Assembly: GCF_009931435.1 (NCBI RefSeq)
Contig: NZ_CP043414.1
From: Escherichia coli
Lineage (GTDB): Bacteria > Pseudomonadota > Gammaproteobacteria > Enterobacterales > Enterobacteriaceae
Direction: 5' to 3' (one strand)
Length of the DNA stretch: 64,000 nt
The notes beneath the pieces are model-generated. The model had not been told where the DNA came from, made no database searches, and worked only from the letters and a program-made list of their open reading frames with translations. How positions within the stretch are numbered: position 1 is the stretch's first letter; the number at the start of each line of letters is the position of its first letter. Of this stretch, positions 10,912 through 22,265 are shown one piece after another. The position numbers and the translations under genes are program-made.

Positions 10912-12566
10912 TCCGCGCGACCGCGCGCCAGCCACAGCACGCGTGAGAACATTTTTTTCAGCAGCGTCGGTACGGAGTCCACACCACGACGGCCGGCCTC
11001 CATTGCCACTTCAATGGCAAGATCGGGTTTGGAAGAGCGATGGATCGCTTTCGAGATAATTTTACGCAGATTCATCGGCACATTTTCCGGGATCTGCGCC
11101 ACGCGGTGGAACACATCGGAAAATCCCTGGCGATACATAAAATGTTCCATATCCAGCGCCGGTAACGCCGTTAAATGTTCTCGTTCGGCTTCCCGATCGT
11201 TATTCAACAGGCTGCGTACCGTAGCGGCATACTTCTTCCCGGCTTCATCGCCATCGACCAGCACATGCCATTCAATCCCCATTCGACGGGCGAATTTAAC
11301 CAGTGGCTTTAGCCCGGACTGGGCAAACTCAATGACCTTGATCCCTTCGGCATCAAAATGATGTCCACACTGACGCGCCAGTTCATTGATAACCCAGGTT
11401 TCCGTTTCGCCTTCCACCAGCAGCCAGCAGCGAGCAAACAGCGATGACGGACGGTTAAAACGAATGTGGAAAGAGATACGTCGGCTATCTTCGGTACTCA
11501 AGCCACTCGGCCCCAGACGCCAGGCGGCAACGCGAGAGGACTCACGTACCAGTCGGCAAACATGCTCTACCGGCGTTAACGAAAGCAGCTCGCCAGAGTT
11601 GGTGGTGGCAATGCGCTGCAATGGCAGAAGATTCAACAGATGCCAGGCAACTGAAAGCATAATGGGGTGTAAACGCGTTTCTGGATCTTCAATCAGCAAT
11701 AATGGACGTGCGTCTTTATCCAGCCGCAATGTGCCTTTTGCCTGCAATAAAGTAGCAAACAGGCCGAGCAAAATAACCCGATACGAGCGCCCTCCAGGCC
11801 GGTCAATCATCCGGTTGATGATATCCAGATAGCGCCAGCTTCGTTGCTCATTACTGGCCCGCCGCCGCATTAAACGATATCGCGCTTGTCCGGCCCCCTG
11901 CTCAGAGAAATAATGCTCAAGCAGCTGCACCATTGCGGAAAGTCCCTGACGAATCTGTCCATCAGAGAGATTTTGCGGATGTGAGGATAATTCACGGGCG
12001 AGGAAATCGAGTTGGCGCGCGGTGACTTCCACATTAGGGACATTTGGCACCGTGCCGTTACGAATACGGCGCATAAAACGGGCATCACGCAAGCGCAGCA
12101 CCGGCATTAAACGCACCAGATGGCGTGCCTGATCGTTAATATCCTCGACATCAATCGGATGTCCGTCTTTATCGAGAAAACTGCGGAGTGTCATCACACT
12201 GCCATCTTCCGCACTCTCCCCTTCCAGGCGATAAAAAATTCGATGATAACCATCGGTGCATGGCGTCCAGCATGCTTCCAACGGTCGATAGCGGCGTACC
12301 CGATGACGGCCTGGCAGCGATTCGCGGAAGGTCAAAATAATATGCAGATGATGTTCCCGCCCGTTGATATCTCCCGGCGGAAACCAGAAATCGTCGCGCT
12401 CAAAATGGTAGAGATCTGATTCTGGCGATAGCAGCAGGGTTAAGGCGTCCAGCAAGCTGGATTTACCCCACGCGTTCTCCCCAATCAGGACGTTGTTTTG
12501 TTCCAGCATCAACGATAAACGGTTGATACCGCGAAAACCCACAATTTCAACGCGCTCAAGAATCAT
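10908..12566 (-). CDS. ybjD: OLD-family ATPase/TOPRIM nuclease YbjD
   Basis: 552 aa; N-terminal Walker A GENAWGKSS; C-terminal TOPRIM-like motifs LLVEGETE and VLVDGDEAG. Confidence 0.85.
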   Translation of the reverse strand: MILERVEIVGFRGINRLSLMLEQNNVLIGENAWGKSSLLDALTLLLSPESDLYHFERDDFWFPPGDINGREHHLHIILTFRESLPGRHRVRRYRPLEACWTPCTDGYHRIFYRLEGESAEDGSVMTLRSFLDKDGHPIDVEDINDQARHLVRLMPVLRLRDARFMRRIRNGTVPNVPNVEVTARQLDFLARELSSHPQNLSDGQIRQGLSAMVQLLEHYFSEQGAGQARYRLMRRRASNEQRSWRYLDIINRMIDRPGGRSYRVILLGLFATLLQAKGTLRLDKDARPLLLIEDPETRLHPIMLSVAWHLLNLLPLQRIATTNSGELLSLTPVEHVCRLVRESSRVAAWRLGPSGLSTEDSRRISFHIRFNRPSSLFARCWLLVEGETETWVINELARQCGHHFDAEGIKVIEFAQSGLKPLVKFARRMGIEWHVLVDGDEAGKKYAATVRSLLNNDREAEREHLTALPALDMEHFMYRQGFSDVFHRVAQIPENVPMNLRKIISKAIHRSSKPDLAIEVAMEAGRRGVDSVPTLLKKMFSRVLWLARGRAD

Positions 12567-12991
12567 ATCCCCTCCAGAAATATGTGACTTATCCTTTACG
12601 CTGGCAGTATAACGGGAAAGGCCGTGCTAATACGTGATGACATCACATTTAAGCATGGCAAATGTCTGAAAAATGAGCGAATAATCGCGTTATACTCCCT
12701 CTTGCTGATAAGTCTGCAAAAACAACAAAATCAAATAATTAGCATGATAAATTATTTTTTATTACGCCTAAAGGATTAAATCTTTTGCTTGCACTACACT
12801 GTCAATCAGACAAATGACTATATGGGGCAACCCGCTGTTGCCCTAAATCAAATTTACTGGATTTATTTATCTGGTGAATGACTCGCCTTCGTTTTTAAAA
12901 TAGCCGCGCATTATTTCCGTCGTCACTTTTTTACGACGACCCTATAAAACGACCATATTTTTCACAGGGTCAATTTTTAATTGAGGTGGAT

Positions 12992-13687
12992 ATGTTCAGA
13001 AAATTAGCAGCTGAATGTTTTGGTACTTTCTGGCTTGTTTTTGGTGGCTGTGGTAGTGCCGTACTGGCCGCAGGCTTCCCGGAATTAGGCATTGGTTTTG
13101 CCGGCGTGGCGCTGGCATTCGGTTTAACCGTTCTGACGATGGCCTTCGCTGTTGGTCATATTTCTGGTGGTCATTTTAACCCGGCGGTCACTATTGGCTT
13201 ATGGGCTGGCGGACGTTTTCCGGCAAAAGAAGTCGTTGGCTACGTAATTGCCCAGGTTGTCGGCGGTATTGTTGCAGCGGCGCTGCTGTATTTAATTGCC
13301 AGTGGTAAAACGGGATTTGACGCGGCAGCCAGCGGTTTTGCTTCTAACGGTTATGGCGAGCATTCACCAGGCGGTTATTCCATGCTTTCCGCGCTGGTAG
13401 TTGAACTGGTATTGAGTGCAGGTTTCTTGCTGGTGATCCACGGCGCAACCGACAAATTCGCTCCGGCGGGTTTTGCGCCAATTGCCATTGGTCTGGCATT
13501 AACGCTGATTCACTTAATCAGTATTCCGGTGACTAACACTTCCGTTAACCCGGCGCGCAGTACTGCGGTTGCCATCTTCCAGGGCGGCTGGGCGTTAGAA
13601 CAACTGTGGTTCTTCTGGGTGGTGCCAATTGTCGGCGGCATTATCGGTGGTCTGATTTACCGGACTCTGCTGGAAAAGCGTAATTAA
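12992..13687 (+). CDS. aqpZ: aquaporin Z
   Basis: 231-aa product from ATG 12992 preceded by GAGGTGGA; two NPA boxes ([14 protein letters not shown]). Confidence 0.93.
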   Translation: MFRKLAAECFGTFWLVFGGCGSAVLAAGFPELGIGFAGVALAFGLTVLTMAFAVGHISGGHFNPAVTIGLWAGGRFPAKEVVGYVIAQVVGGIVAAALLYLIASGKTGFDAAASGFASNGYGEHSPGGYSMLSALVVELVLSAGFLLVIHGATDKFAPAGFAPIAIGLALTLIHLISIPVTNTSVNPARSTAVAIFQGGWALEQLWFFWVVPIVGGIIGGLIYRTLLEKRN

Positions 13688-13696
13688 TTAACGCAG

Positions 13697-13725
13697 AAGG
13701 CCTGGCGCAATGTCAGGCCTTTTTT
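13697..13725 (+). terminator. rho-independent terminator after aqpZ
   Basis: hairpin aaggcctg...caggcctt followed by T5. Confidence 0.6.
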
Positions 13726-13788
13726 AAATATATTGATTCATCTTCCTGTTGCGCTCCTTGATGTGTTAAGCCACATATAGTCACTGGC

Positions 13789-13990
13789 GCAGGGGGCGGC
13801 CAATCGCCGCCGCCCCCTGCACCCCCGGGCTCTGGCGAACAAAATCGCCGCTGCGCGGTGCCCTCGACTTATCCCTTGCGGCTACCGGGTCGGGCGCGAG
13901 GTAACATCCCGGTAAAACGCGCCCTCAGCCCACATCCATGTGGGCTGCCCCGGCCTTCAGGGAACACCTCGGCGATTTTGACGCCACCAA
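13789..13990. repeat. GC-rich intergenic element with nested palindromes
   Basis: perfect 12-bp inverted arms gcagggggcggc / gccgccccctgc (13789..13820); 8-bp palindrome gcccacat/atgtgggc (13928..13945); outer inverted arms caaaatcgccg (13840..13850) / cggcgattttg (13970..13980). Confidence 0.5.
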
Positions 13991-14160
13991 CACCGGTGCG
14001 GTTTGTAATTAAAGCGCAAGAATATCTTTAAATGAAAATGAATACCCTACCGATCCTTATGCATAACATTTCCTTTTAATTGCAACTTTACTCGTCCTTC
14101 CGCTTTCAGTAGTGTGTCATCGCGCATTTCGACTTCTTTCTTTGCAAGGACTGGTTTTTC

Positions 14161-15060
14161 ATGTTTTCTGGGCTGTTAATCATTCTGGTTCCCCTGATTG
14201 TGGGTTACCTCATTCCGCTTCGCCAAAAAGCTGCATTAAAAGTTATTAATCAGCTATTAAGTTGGATGGTTTACCTCATTCTCTTTTTTATGGGTATCAG
14301 TCTGGCGTTTCTCGATAACCTCGCCAGTAACCTGTTGGCGATTCTGCATTATTCCGCCGTCAGTATTACCGTTATTTTACTGTGTAATATTGCCGCCCTG
14401 ATGTGGCTGGAGCGAGGCCTACCGTGGCGCAACCACCATCAGCAAGAAAAACTCCCGTCACGTATTGCGATGGCGCTGGAGTCCCTCAAGCTCTGCGGTG
14501 TGGTGGTGATTGGCTTTGCTATTGGCCTTAGCGGATTAGGTTTCTTACAACACGCTACGGAAGCCAGCGAATACACGTTAATTCTGCTACTTTTCCTCGT
14601 CGGTATTCAGTTGCGCAATAATGGCATGACCTTAAAGCAGATTGTCCTTAATCGCCGGGGAATGATTGTCGCTGTGGTGGTGGTGGCCAGTTCTTTAATT
14701 GGTGGTTTAATTAACGCCTTTATTCTTGATCTTCCCATCAATACCGCGCTGGCAATGGCTTCCGGTTTCGGCTGGTATTCTCTTTCCGGTATTTTATTGA
14801 CCGAATCTTTTGGTCCGGTAATCGGGAGCGCGGCGTTTTTTAATGATCTGGCCCGTGAGCTGCTTGCTATTATGTTGATCCCTGGGCTGATTCGCCGTAG
14901 CCGCTCTACTGCACTGGGCTTATGCGGTGCGACGTCGATGGATTTCACACTGCCCGTTCTTCAACGTACTGGCGGACTGGATATGGTCCCGGCGGCGATT
15001 GTTCACGGTTTTATTCTTAGCCTGTTAGTGCCGATCCTCATCGCCTTTTTCTCTGCATAA
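14161..15060 (+). CDS. lysO: lysine exporter LysO (YbjE), inner membrane protein
   Basis: 299-aa hydrophobic ORF with ATG at 14161; synteny between aqpZ and hcp. Confidence 0.85.
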   Translation: MFSGLLIILVPLIVGYLIPLRQKAALKVINQLLSWMVYLILFFMGISLAFLDNLASNLLAILHYSAVSITVILLCNIAALMWLERGLPWRNHHQQEKLPSRIAMALESLKLCGVVVIGFAIGLSGLGFLQHATEASEYTLILLLFLVGIQLRNNGMTLKQIVLNRRGMIVAVVVVASSLIGGLINAFILDLPINTALAMASGFGWYSLSGILLTESFGPVIGSAAFFNDLARELLAIMLIPGLIRRSRSTALGLCGATSMDFTLPVLQRTGGLDMVPAAIVHGFILSLLVPILIAFFSA

Positions 15061-15093
15061 TACCTCTCTGGCGGTAGATCCCTGCCGCCAAAA

Positions 15094-15107
15094 TTGCGCT
15101 AAATCAA
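15094..15107 (+). promoter_or_regulatory. FNR-like half-site pair upstream of hcp
   Basis: TTGCG-ctaa-ATCAA resembles FNR consensus TTGAT-N4-ATCAA (one perfect half-site). Confidence 0.35.
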
Positions 15108-15166
15108 TCTCCCTTAAAGTTGCATGAAAAATCCCTTTTATCCCCGCGTTAAGCGTCTTAACCTTA

Positions 15167-15189
15167 AACATGTATATTAAATATAACTT
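15167..15189 (+). promoter_or_regulatory. NsrR-like operator overlapping the hcp promoter
   Basis: AACATGTATAT-T-AAATATAACTT, an 11-1-11 AT-rich inverted repeat resembling the NsrR consensus, about 15 bp upstream of the hcp ATG. Confidence 0.45.
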
Positions 15190-15203
15190 TAAAAGGTGTG
15201 ATC

Positions 15204-16856
15204 ATGTTTTGTGTGCAATGTGAACAAACTATCCGTACTCCGGCAGGAAACGGCTGCTCATACGCGCAGGGGATGTGTGGTAAAACGGCGGAAACCTCTG
15301 ACCTTCAGGATTTACTCATCGCGGCGCTGCAAGGGCTTTCAGCCTGGGCGGTAAAAGCGCGTGAATACGGCATCATCAACCATGACGTTGACAGCTTCGC
15401 GCCGCGCGCATTTTTCTCAACCCTGACCAACGTTAATTTCGATTCTCCGCGTATTGTCGGCTACGCCCGTGAAGCAATTGCCCTGCGTGAGGCGCTGAAA
15501 GCACAGTGCCTGGCTGTAGATGCCAACGCCCGCGTCGATAACCCGATGGCTGACCTGCAACTGGTGAGTGACGATCTCGGCGAGCTGCAACGTCAGGCGG
15601 CGGAATTTACTCCCAATAAAGATAAAGCGGCGATTGGCGAAAACATTCTCGGCCTGCGTCTGCTCTGCCTGTATGGCCTGAAAGGTGCTGCCGCCTATAT
15701 GGAACACGCGCACGTTCTCGGTCAATATGACAACGATATTTACGCCCAGTACCATAAAATCATGGCATGGCTGGGTACCTGGCCTGCCGATATGAACGCA
15801 CTTCTCGAGTGCTCCATGGAAATCGGCCAGATGAACTTCAAAGTGATGAGCATTCTGGACGCAGGCGAAACAGGTAAATACGGTCACCCGACGCCAACTC
15901 AGGTCAACGTCAAAGCGACGGCGGGTAAATGCATTCTGATTTCCGGTCACGATCTCAAAGATCTCTACAACTTGCTGGAACAGACCGAAGGCACGGGTGT
16001 TAATGTCTACACCCACGGCGAAATGCTGCCTGCCCACGGCTACCCGGAGCTGCGTAAATTCAAGCATCTGGTCGGTAACTACGGCAGCGGCTGGCAGAAT
16101 CAGCAAGTAGAGTTCGCTCGCTTCCCTGGACCTATCGTGATGACCTCGAACTGCATCATCGACCCAACCGTAGGGGCTTATGACGATCGTATCTGGACCC
16201 GCAGCATCGTTGGCTGGCCGGGTGTGCGTCATCTGGATGGTGATGATTTCTCAGCAGTCATCGCCCAGGCGCAACAAATGGCGGGCTTCCCGTACAGCGA
16301 AATTCCGCACCTGATTACCGTGGGCTTTGGTCGTCAGACGCTGCTTGGCGCGGCGGATACGCTGATTGATCTGGTGAGCCGTGAAAAACTGCGTCATATC
16401 TTCCTGCTCGGTGGCTGTGACGGCGCACGCGGCGAGCGCCACTACTTCACCGATTTCGCCACCAGCGTACCAGATGACTGCCTGATCCTGACTCTCGCCT
16501 GCGGTAAATATCGCTTTAACAAACTTGAGTTCGGCGATATCGAAGGTCTGCCGCGTCTGGTAGATGCTGGTCAATGTAACGATGCTTACTCAGCGATTAT
16601 TCTGGCTGTCACTTTGGCAGAAAAACTGGGCTGCGGTGTCAACGATCTGCCGTTGTCGCTGGTACTCTCCTGGTTCGAACAAAAAGCGATTGTTATTCTG
16701 CTGACGCTGCTTTCTCTGGGCGTGAAAAATATCGTTACCGGCCCGACTGCACCTGGCTTCCTGACGCCAGACCTGCTGGCGGTACTGAACGAGAAATTCG
16801 GCCTACGTTCTATCACCACTGTTGAAGAAGACATGAAGCAACTGTTGAGCGCGTAA
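15204..16856 (+). CDS. hcp: hybrid-cluster protein (hydroxylamine reductase / NO-stress protein)
   Basis: 550-aa product from ATG 15204 (MFCVQCEQT...), N-terminal Cys cluster; ORF-track start 15198 is GTG. Confidence 0.93.
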   Translation: MFCVQCEQTIRTPAGNGCSYAQGMCGKTAETSDLQDLLIAALQGLSAWAVKAREYGIINHDVDSFAPRAFFSTLTNVNFDSPRIVGYAREAIALREALKAQCLAVDANARVDNPMADLQLVSDDLGELQRQAAEFTPNKDKAAIGENILGLRLLCLYGLKGAAAYMEHAHVLGQYDNDIYAQYHKIMAWLGTWPADMNALLECSMEIGQMNFKVMSILDAGETGKYGHPTPTQVNVKATAGKCILISGHDLKDLYNLLEQTEGTGVNVYTHGEMLPAHGYPELRKFKHLVGNYGSGWQNQQVEFARFPGPIVMTSNCIIDPTVGAYDDRIWTRSIVGWPGVRHLDGDDFSAVIAQAQQMAGFPYSEIPHLITVGFGRQTLLGAADTLIDLVSREKLRHIFLLGGCDGARGERHYFTDFATSVPDDCLILTLACGKYRFNKLEFGDIEGLPRLVDAGQCNDAYSAIILAVTLAEKLGCGVNDLPLSLVLSWFEQKAIVILLTLLSLGVKNIVTGPTAPGFLTPDLLAVLNEKFGLRSITTVEEDMKQLLSA

Positions 16857-16867
16857 GGAGTTTGTCG

Positions 16868-17836
16868 ATGACGATGCCAACCAATCAATGCCCGTGGCGG
16901 ATGCAGGTTCATCACATTACGCAAGAAACGCCGGATGTGTGGACGATTTCCCTGATTTGCCACGATTACTACCCGTATCGCGCCGGGCAATATGCGCTGG
17001 TCAGCGTGCGTAACTCAGCGGAAACGCTGCGTGCTTACACCATTTCCTCCACACCAGGCGTGAGTGATTACATCACTCTGACCGTGCGGCGGATTGATGA
17101 CGGTGTCGGTTCCCAGTGGCTGACCCGCGATGTAAAACGCGGTGACTACCTCTGGCTTTCGGACGCGATGGGGGAATTTACCTGCGACGATAAAGCAGAA
17201 GATAAATTCCTGTTGCTGGCGGCCGGCTGCGGCGTCACGCCGATTATGTCGATGCGTCGCTGGCTGGCGAAAAACCGTCCGCAGGCTGATGTGCAGGTGA
17301 TCTACAACGTGCGTACGCCGCAGGATGTCATTTTCGCGGATGAGTGGCGTAATTACCCGGTGACACTGGTGGCGGAAAATAATGTTACCGAGGGATTCGT
17401 TGCCGGACGCCTGACTCGCGAACTGCTGGCCCGCGTTCCTGATTTAGCCTCGCGTACTGTAATGACCTGTGGCCCGGCTCCGTATATGGATTGGGTAGAA
17501 CAGGAAGTGAAAGCGCTCGGCGTGACGCGTTTCTTTAAAGAGAAGTTCTTTACGCCAGTGGCGGAAGCAGCAACCAGCGGTCTGAAATTCACCAAACTGC
17601 AACCGGCGCAAGAATTTTACGCACCTGTTGGCACCACACTGCTGGAGGCTTTGGAAAGCAACAAAGTTCCGGTTGTCGCCGCCTGCCGTGCAGGTGTTTG
17701 CGGCTGCTGTAAGACGAAAGTGGTTTCCGGTGAATATACGGTGAGTAGCACAATGACGCTGACCGACGCCGAAATCGCAGAAGGTTATGTACTGGCCTGC
17801 TCCTGCCATCCGCAGGGGGATTTGGTTCTCGCATAA
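16868..17836 (+). CDS. hcr: NADH oxidoreductase for Hcp
   Basis: 322-aa product from ATG 16868 preceded by AAGGAG; C-terminal 2Fe-2S Cys cluster CRAGVCGCCKTKV. Confidence 0.9.
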   Translation: MTMPTNQCPWRMQVHHITQETPDVWTISLICHDYYPYRAGQYALVSVRNSAETLRAYTISSTPGVSDYITLTVRRIDDGVGSQWLTRDVKRGDYLWLSDAMGEFTCDDKAEDKFLLLAAGCGVTPIMSMRRWLAKNRPQADVQVIYNVRTPQDVIFADEWRNYPVTLVAENNVTEGFVAGRLTRELLARVPDLASRTVMTCGPAPYMDWVEQEVKALGVTRFFKEKFFTPVAEAATSGLKFTKLQPAQEFYAPVGTTLLEALESNKVPVVAACRAGVCGCCKTKVVSGEYTVSSTMTLTDAEIAEGYVLACSCHPQGDLVLA

Positions 17837-17968
17837 TCGTATTATGCCCGATGATATACCTGTCATCGGGCAGTTTAACCGTTAGTGCCTCATTTTTCTC
17901 CCACCCCATCCCCCTCCGTCAGATGAACTAAACTTGTTACCGTTATCACATTCAGGAGATGGAGAACC

Positions 17969-19687
17969 ATGAAACAAACGGTTGCAGCTTATATCGCCAA
18001 AACACTCGAATCAGCAGGGGTAAAACGCATTTGGGGAGTCACGGGCGACTCTCTGAACGGTCTTAGCGACAGTCTTAATCGCATGGGCACCATAGAGTGG
18101 ATGTCCACCCGTCATGAAGAAGTGGCGGCCTTTGCCGCTGGCGCTGAAGCCCAACTTAGCGGGGAACTGGCGGTCTGCGCCGGATCATGCGGACCTGGCA
18201 ACCTGCACTTAATCAACGGTTTGTTCGATTGTCACCGTAATCACGTTCCGGTACTGGCAATTGCCGCTCATATCCCTTCCAGCGAAATTGGCAGCGGCTA
18301 TTTCCAGGAAACCCACCCGCAAGAGTTATTCCGCGAATGTAGCCATTATTGCGAGCTGGTTTCCAGCCCGGAGCAGATCCCACAAGTGCTGGCGATTGCT
18401 ATGCGTAAAGCGGTGCTAAACCGTGGCGTTTCCGTTGTCGTGTTACCGGGCGACGTGGCGTTAAAACCGGCACCGGAAGGGGCAACCACGCACTGGTATC
18501 ATGCGCCACAACCAGTCGTCACCCCAGAAGAGGAAGAGTTACGCAAACTGGCGCAACTGCTGCGTTACTCAAGCAATATCGCCCTGATGTGCGGTAGCGG
18601 CTGCGCGGGGGCGCATAAAGAGCTCGTCGAGTTTGCCGGAAAAATTAAAGCGCCTATTGTTCATGCCCTGCGCGGTAAAGAACATGTCGAATACGATAAT
18701 CCGTATGATGTCGGAATGACGGGATTAATCGGCTTCTCGTCAGGTTTTCATACCATGATGAACGCCGACACGTTAGTGCTGCTCGGCACCCAATTCCCCT
18801 ACCGTGCGTTCTACCCGACCGATGCCAAAATTATTCAGATTGATATCAACCCGGCCAGCATCGGCGCGCACAGTAAGGTGGATATGGCACTGGTCGGTGA
18901 TATCAAATCGACTCTGCGTGCATTGCTGCCTTTAGTGGAAGAAAAAACCGATCGAAAATTTCTGGATAAAGCGCTGGAAGATTACCGCGATGCCCGCAAA
19001 GGGCTGGACGATTTAGCTAAACCGAGTGAGAAAGCCATTCACCCGCAATATCTGGCGCAGCAAATTAGCCATTTTGCTGCCGATGACGCCATTTTCACTT
19101 GTGATGTCGGCACACCAACGGTATGGGCGGCGCGTTATCTGAAAATGAACGGCAAGCGCCGCCTGTTAGGTTCGTTTAACCACGGTTCAATGGCCAACGC
19201 CATGCCGCAGGCGCTGGGTGCTCAGGCGACAGAGCCAGAACGTCAGGTGGTCGCCATGTGCGGTGATGGTGGTTTCAGTATGTTGATGGGCGATTTTCTC
19301 TCAGTGGTACAAATGAAGCTGCCAGTGAAAATTATCGTCTTTAACAACAGCGTGCTGGGCTTTGTAGCGATGGAGATGAAAGCCGGAGGCTACCTGACAG
19401 ACGGCACCGAACTGCACGACACCAACTTTGCCCGTATCGCTGAAGCGTGCGGTATTACGGGCATCCGCGTAGAAAAAGCCGCTGAAGTCGATGAAGCCTT
19501 GCAACGCGCCTTTTCCATCGACGGCCCGGTGCTGGTGGATGTGGTAGTCGCGAAAGAAGAGTTAGCCATTCCGCCGCAGATCAAACTCGAACAGGCCAAA
19601 GGATTTAGCCTGTATATGTTGCGCGCAATCATCAGCGGACGCGGTGACGAAGTGATCGAACTGGCGAAAACGAACTGGCTAAGGTAA
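17969..19687 (+). CDS. poxB: pyruvate oxidase (ubiquinone-dependent pyruvate dehydrogenase)
   Basis: 572 aa; TPP-binding motif [12 protein letters not shown]...NN. Confidence 0.95.
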   Translation: MKQTVAAYIAKTLESAGVKRIWGVTGDSLNGLSDSLNRMGTIEWMSTRHEEVAAFAAGAEAQLSGELAVCAGSCGPGNLHLINGLFDCHRNHVPVLAIAAHIPSSEIGSGYFQETHPQELFRECSHYCELVSSPEQIPQVLAIAMRKAVLNRGVSVVVLPGDVALKPAPEGATTHWYHAPQPVVTPEEEELRKLAQLLRYSSNIALMCGSGCAGAHKELVEFAGKIKAPIVHALRGKEHVEYDNPYDVGMTGLIGFSSGFHTMMNADTLVLLGTQFPYRAFYPTDAKIIQIDINPASIGAHSKVDMALVGDIKSTLRALLPLVEEKTDRKFLDKALEDYRDARKGLDDLAKPSEKAIHPQYLAQQISHFAADDAIFTCDVGTPTVWAARYLKMNGKRRLLGSFNHGSMANAMPQALGAQATEPERQVVAMCGDGGFSMLMGDFLSVVQMKLPVKIIVFNNSVLGFVAMEMKAGGYLTDGTELHDTNFARIAEACGITGIRVEKAAEVDEALQRAFSIDGPVLVDVVVAKEELAIPPQIKLEQAKGFSLYMLRAIISGRGDEVIELAKTNWLR

Positions 19688-19724
19688 AAAGGGTGGCATT
19701 TCCTGTCATAAATAAGGACATGCC

Positions 19725-20726
19725 ATGATTGATTTACGCAGTGATACCGTTACCCGACCGAGCCGCGCCATGCTCGAAGCAATGATGGCCGCCCCGGTTG
19801 GGGACGACGTTTACGGAGACGACCCTACCGTTAATGCTCTGCAGGACTATGCGGCAGAGCTTTCCGGGAAAGAAGCCGCCATTTTTCTGCCTACCGGCAC
19901 TCAGGCCAACCTGGTCGCTCTGCTCAGTCACTGCGAACGCGGCGAAGAGTATATTGTCGGTCAGGCCGCGCATAACTATCTGTTTGAAGCCGGTGGCGCA
20001 GCGGTGCTGGGCAGTATTCAGCCGCAACCCATCGATGCTGACGCCGACGGTACGCTACCGCTGGATAAAGTGGCGATGAAAATCAAACCCGACGATATCC
20101 ATTTCGCCCGCACCAAATTACTCAGTCTGGAAAACACCCACAATGGAAAAGTGCTGCCGCGGGAATACCTGAAAGAAGCATGGGAATTTACTCGCGAGCG
20201 CAATCTGGCACTGCATGTTGACGGTGCGCGCATCTTTAATGCCGTGGTGGCTTACGGCTGCGAACTGAAAGAGATCACGCAATATTGTGATTCGTTCACC
20301 ATTTGTCTGTCGAAAGGTCTTGGTACGCCAGTCGGTTCATTACTTGTCGGTAATCGTGATTACATTAAACGCGCCATCCGCTGGCGGAAAATGACTGGCG
20401 GCGGGATGCGCCAGTCCGGGATTCTGGCCGCCGCCGGAATGTATGCGCTGAAAAATAACGTTGCACGCTTGCAGGAAGACCACGATAACGCCGCCTGGAT
20501 GGCGGAGCAACTGCGTGAAGCAGGCGCGGATGTCATGCGCCAGGACACCAATATGCTGTTTGTCCGCGTCGGACAAGAAAATGCTGCCGCATTAGGCGAA
20601 TACATGAAAGCGAGAAACATACTGATTAACGCCTCGCCGATTGTCCGCCTGGTAACCCATCTCGATGTCTCGCGTGAACAACTGGCAGAAGTCGCAGCCC
20701 ACTGGCGCGCTTTCCTGGCGCGTTAA
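19725..20726 (+). CDS. ltaE: low-specificity L-threonine aldolase
   Basis: 333-aa PLP-dependent aldolase-like ORF immediately after poxB. Confidence 0.9.
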   Translation: MIDLRSDTVTRPSRAMLEAMMAAPVGDDVYGDDPTVNALQDYAAELSGKEAAIFLPTGTQANLVALLSHCERGEEYIVGQAAHNYLFEAGGAAVLGSIQPQPIDADADGTLPLDKVAMKIKPDDIHFARTKLLSLENTHNGKVLPREYLKEAWEFTRERNLALHVDGARIFNAVVAYGCELKEITQYCDSFTICLSKGLGTPVGSLLVGNRDYIKRAIRWRKMTGGGMRQSGILAAAGMYALKNNVARLQEDHDNAAWMAEQLREAGADVMRQDTNMLFVRVGQENAAALGEYMKARNILINASPIVRLVTHLDVSREQLAEVAAHWRAFLAR

Positions 20727-20736
20727 GGAGAGAGAC

Positions 20737-22167
20737 GTGCCGCAACGCATTTTAGTTCTCGGTGCCAGTGGCTACATTGGTCAGCATCTGGTGCACGCGC
20801 TTAGCCAACAAGGGCATCAGATCCTGGCGGCGGCACGTCACGTCGACAGGCTTGAAAAGCTGCAACTGGCAAACGTCAGTTGCCATAAAGTCGATCTCAG
20901 CTGGCCGGATAACCTTCCGGCCCTGTTGCAGAATATCGATACCGTCTATTTTCTGGTGCACAGCATGGGCGAAGGCGGCGATTTTATCGCTCAGGAGCGC
21001 CAGGTGGCTCTTAACGTCCGCGATGCGCTGCGCGAAGCACCGGTTAAACAATTAATCTTTCTCAGTTCATTGCAGGCCCCGCCTCACGAGCAGTCGGACC
21101 ATCTGCGCGCCCGTCAGGCTACGGCGGATATTCTTCGTGAAGCGGGTGTTCCGGTGACCGAATTGCGTGCCGGAATTATCGTTGGCGCAGGTTCAGCGGC
21201 GTTCGAAGTCATGCGCGATATGGTGTACAACCTGCCAGTGTTAACGCCGCCACGCTGGGTTCGTTCACGCACCACGCCCATCGCGCTGGAAAACTTGCTG
21301 CACTATCTGGTGGCGCTGTTAGATCATCCGGCCAGCGAACACCGCATCTTCGAAGCCGCCGGACCAGAGGTGCTCAGTTATCAGCAACAGTTTGAACATT
21401 TTATGGCGGTGAGCGGTAAGCGCCGCTGGTTAATCCCCATCCCCTTTCCCACCCGCTGGATTTCGGTGTGGTTTCTCAATGTGATTACTTCCGTACCGTC
21501 AACCACCGCCAAAGCGTTGATTCAGGGGCTGAAACATGATCTGCTGGCGGATGACACCGCGCTACGTGCACTCATCCCACAACGGCTGATCGCTTTCGAT
21601 GACGCGGTACGTCGCACCCTGAAAGAAGAAGAAAAGCTGGTCAACTCCAGCGACTGGGGATACGACGCTCAGGCCTTTGCCCGCTGGCGACCGGAGTACG
21701 GTTATTTCGCCAAACAGGCGGGGTTTACCGTTAAAACGTCCGCCAGCCTTGCGGCTTTATGGCAGGTGGTGAATCAAATCGGCGGTCAAGAGCGTTATTT
21801 CTTTGGCAATATTTTGTGGCAAACCCGGGCGTTGATGGACCGCGCGATCGGTCATAAGCTGGCGAAAGGCCGCCCGGAGCGTGAATATTTGCAGACCGGA
21901 GATGCGGTGGATAGCTGGAAAGTGATTGTCGTTGAACCGGAAAAACAACTTACGCTGTTATTTGGCATGAAAGCGCCGGGGCTGGGACGACTGTGTTTTA
22001 CCCTGGAAGATAAAGGTGACTATCGTACTATCGATGTTCGCGCATTCTGGCATCCGCACGGTATGCCGGGGCTGTTTTACTGGTTACTGATGATCCCCGC
22101 GCATCTGTTTATTTTTCGCGGAATGGCAAAACGAATCGCCAGACTGGCAGAACAAAGCACAGATTAA
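20737..22167 (+). CDS. ybjT: NAD(P)-binding Rossmann-fold protein YbjT
   Basis: 476-aa product from GTG at 20737 preceded by AAGGAG (6-nt spacer); N-terminal [12 protein letters not shown]; ORF-track start 20665 overlaps ltaE and is rejected. Confidence 0.8.
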   Translation: MPQRILVLGASGYIGQHLVHALSQQGHQILAAARHVDRLEKLQLANVSCHKVDLSWPDNLPALLQNIDTVYFLVHSMGEGGDFIAQERQVALNVRDALREAPVKQLIFLSSLQAPPHEQSDHLRARQATADILREAGVPVTELRAGIIVGAGSAAFEVMRDMVYNLPVLTPPRWVRSRTTPIALENLLHYLVALLDHPASEHRIFEAAGPEVLSYQQQFEHFMAVSGKRRWLIPIPFPTRWISVWFLNVITSVPSTTAKALIQGLKHDLLADDTALRALIPQRLIAFDDAVRRTLKEEEKLVNSSDWGYDAQAFARWRPEYGYFAKQAGFTVKTSASLAALWQVVNQIGGQERYFFGNILWQTRALMDRAIGHKLAKGRPEREYLQTGDAVDSWKVIVVEPEKQLTLLFGMKAPGLGRLCFTLEDKGDYRTIDVRAFWHPHGMPGLFYWLLMIPAHLFIFRGMAKRIARLAEQSTD

Positions 22168-22265
22168 TCGACAAAACCTGCGTTATTCTTTCATGTTTCC
22201 CATTGCATCAAGGGGGAAATCACGGAAGAATGCGCACGTCATTTTCTCAACAACAGTGGATTGAT

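Noticed and set aside
15417-16232. 271-aa minus-strand ORF
   Set aside because: Lies entirely antisense within hcp, which has strong conserved motifs; shadow ORF in GC-rich coding DNA.
20665-20736. N-terminal extension of ybjT from the ORF track
   Set aside because: Overlaps the ltaE 3' end and lacks a Shine-Dalgarno; the GTG at 20737 with AAGGAG upstream fits better.
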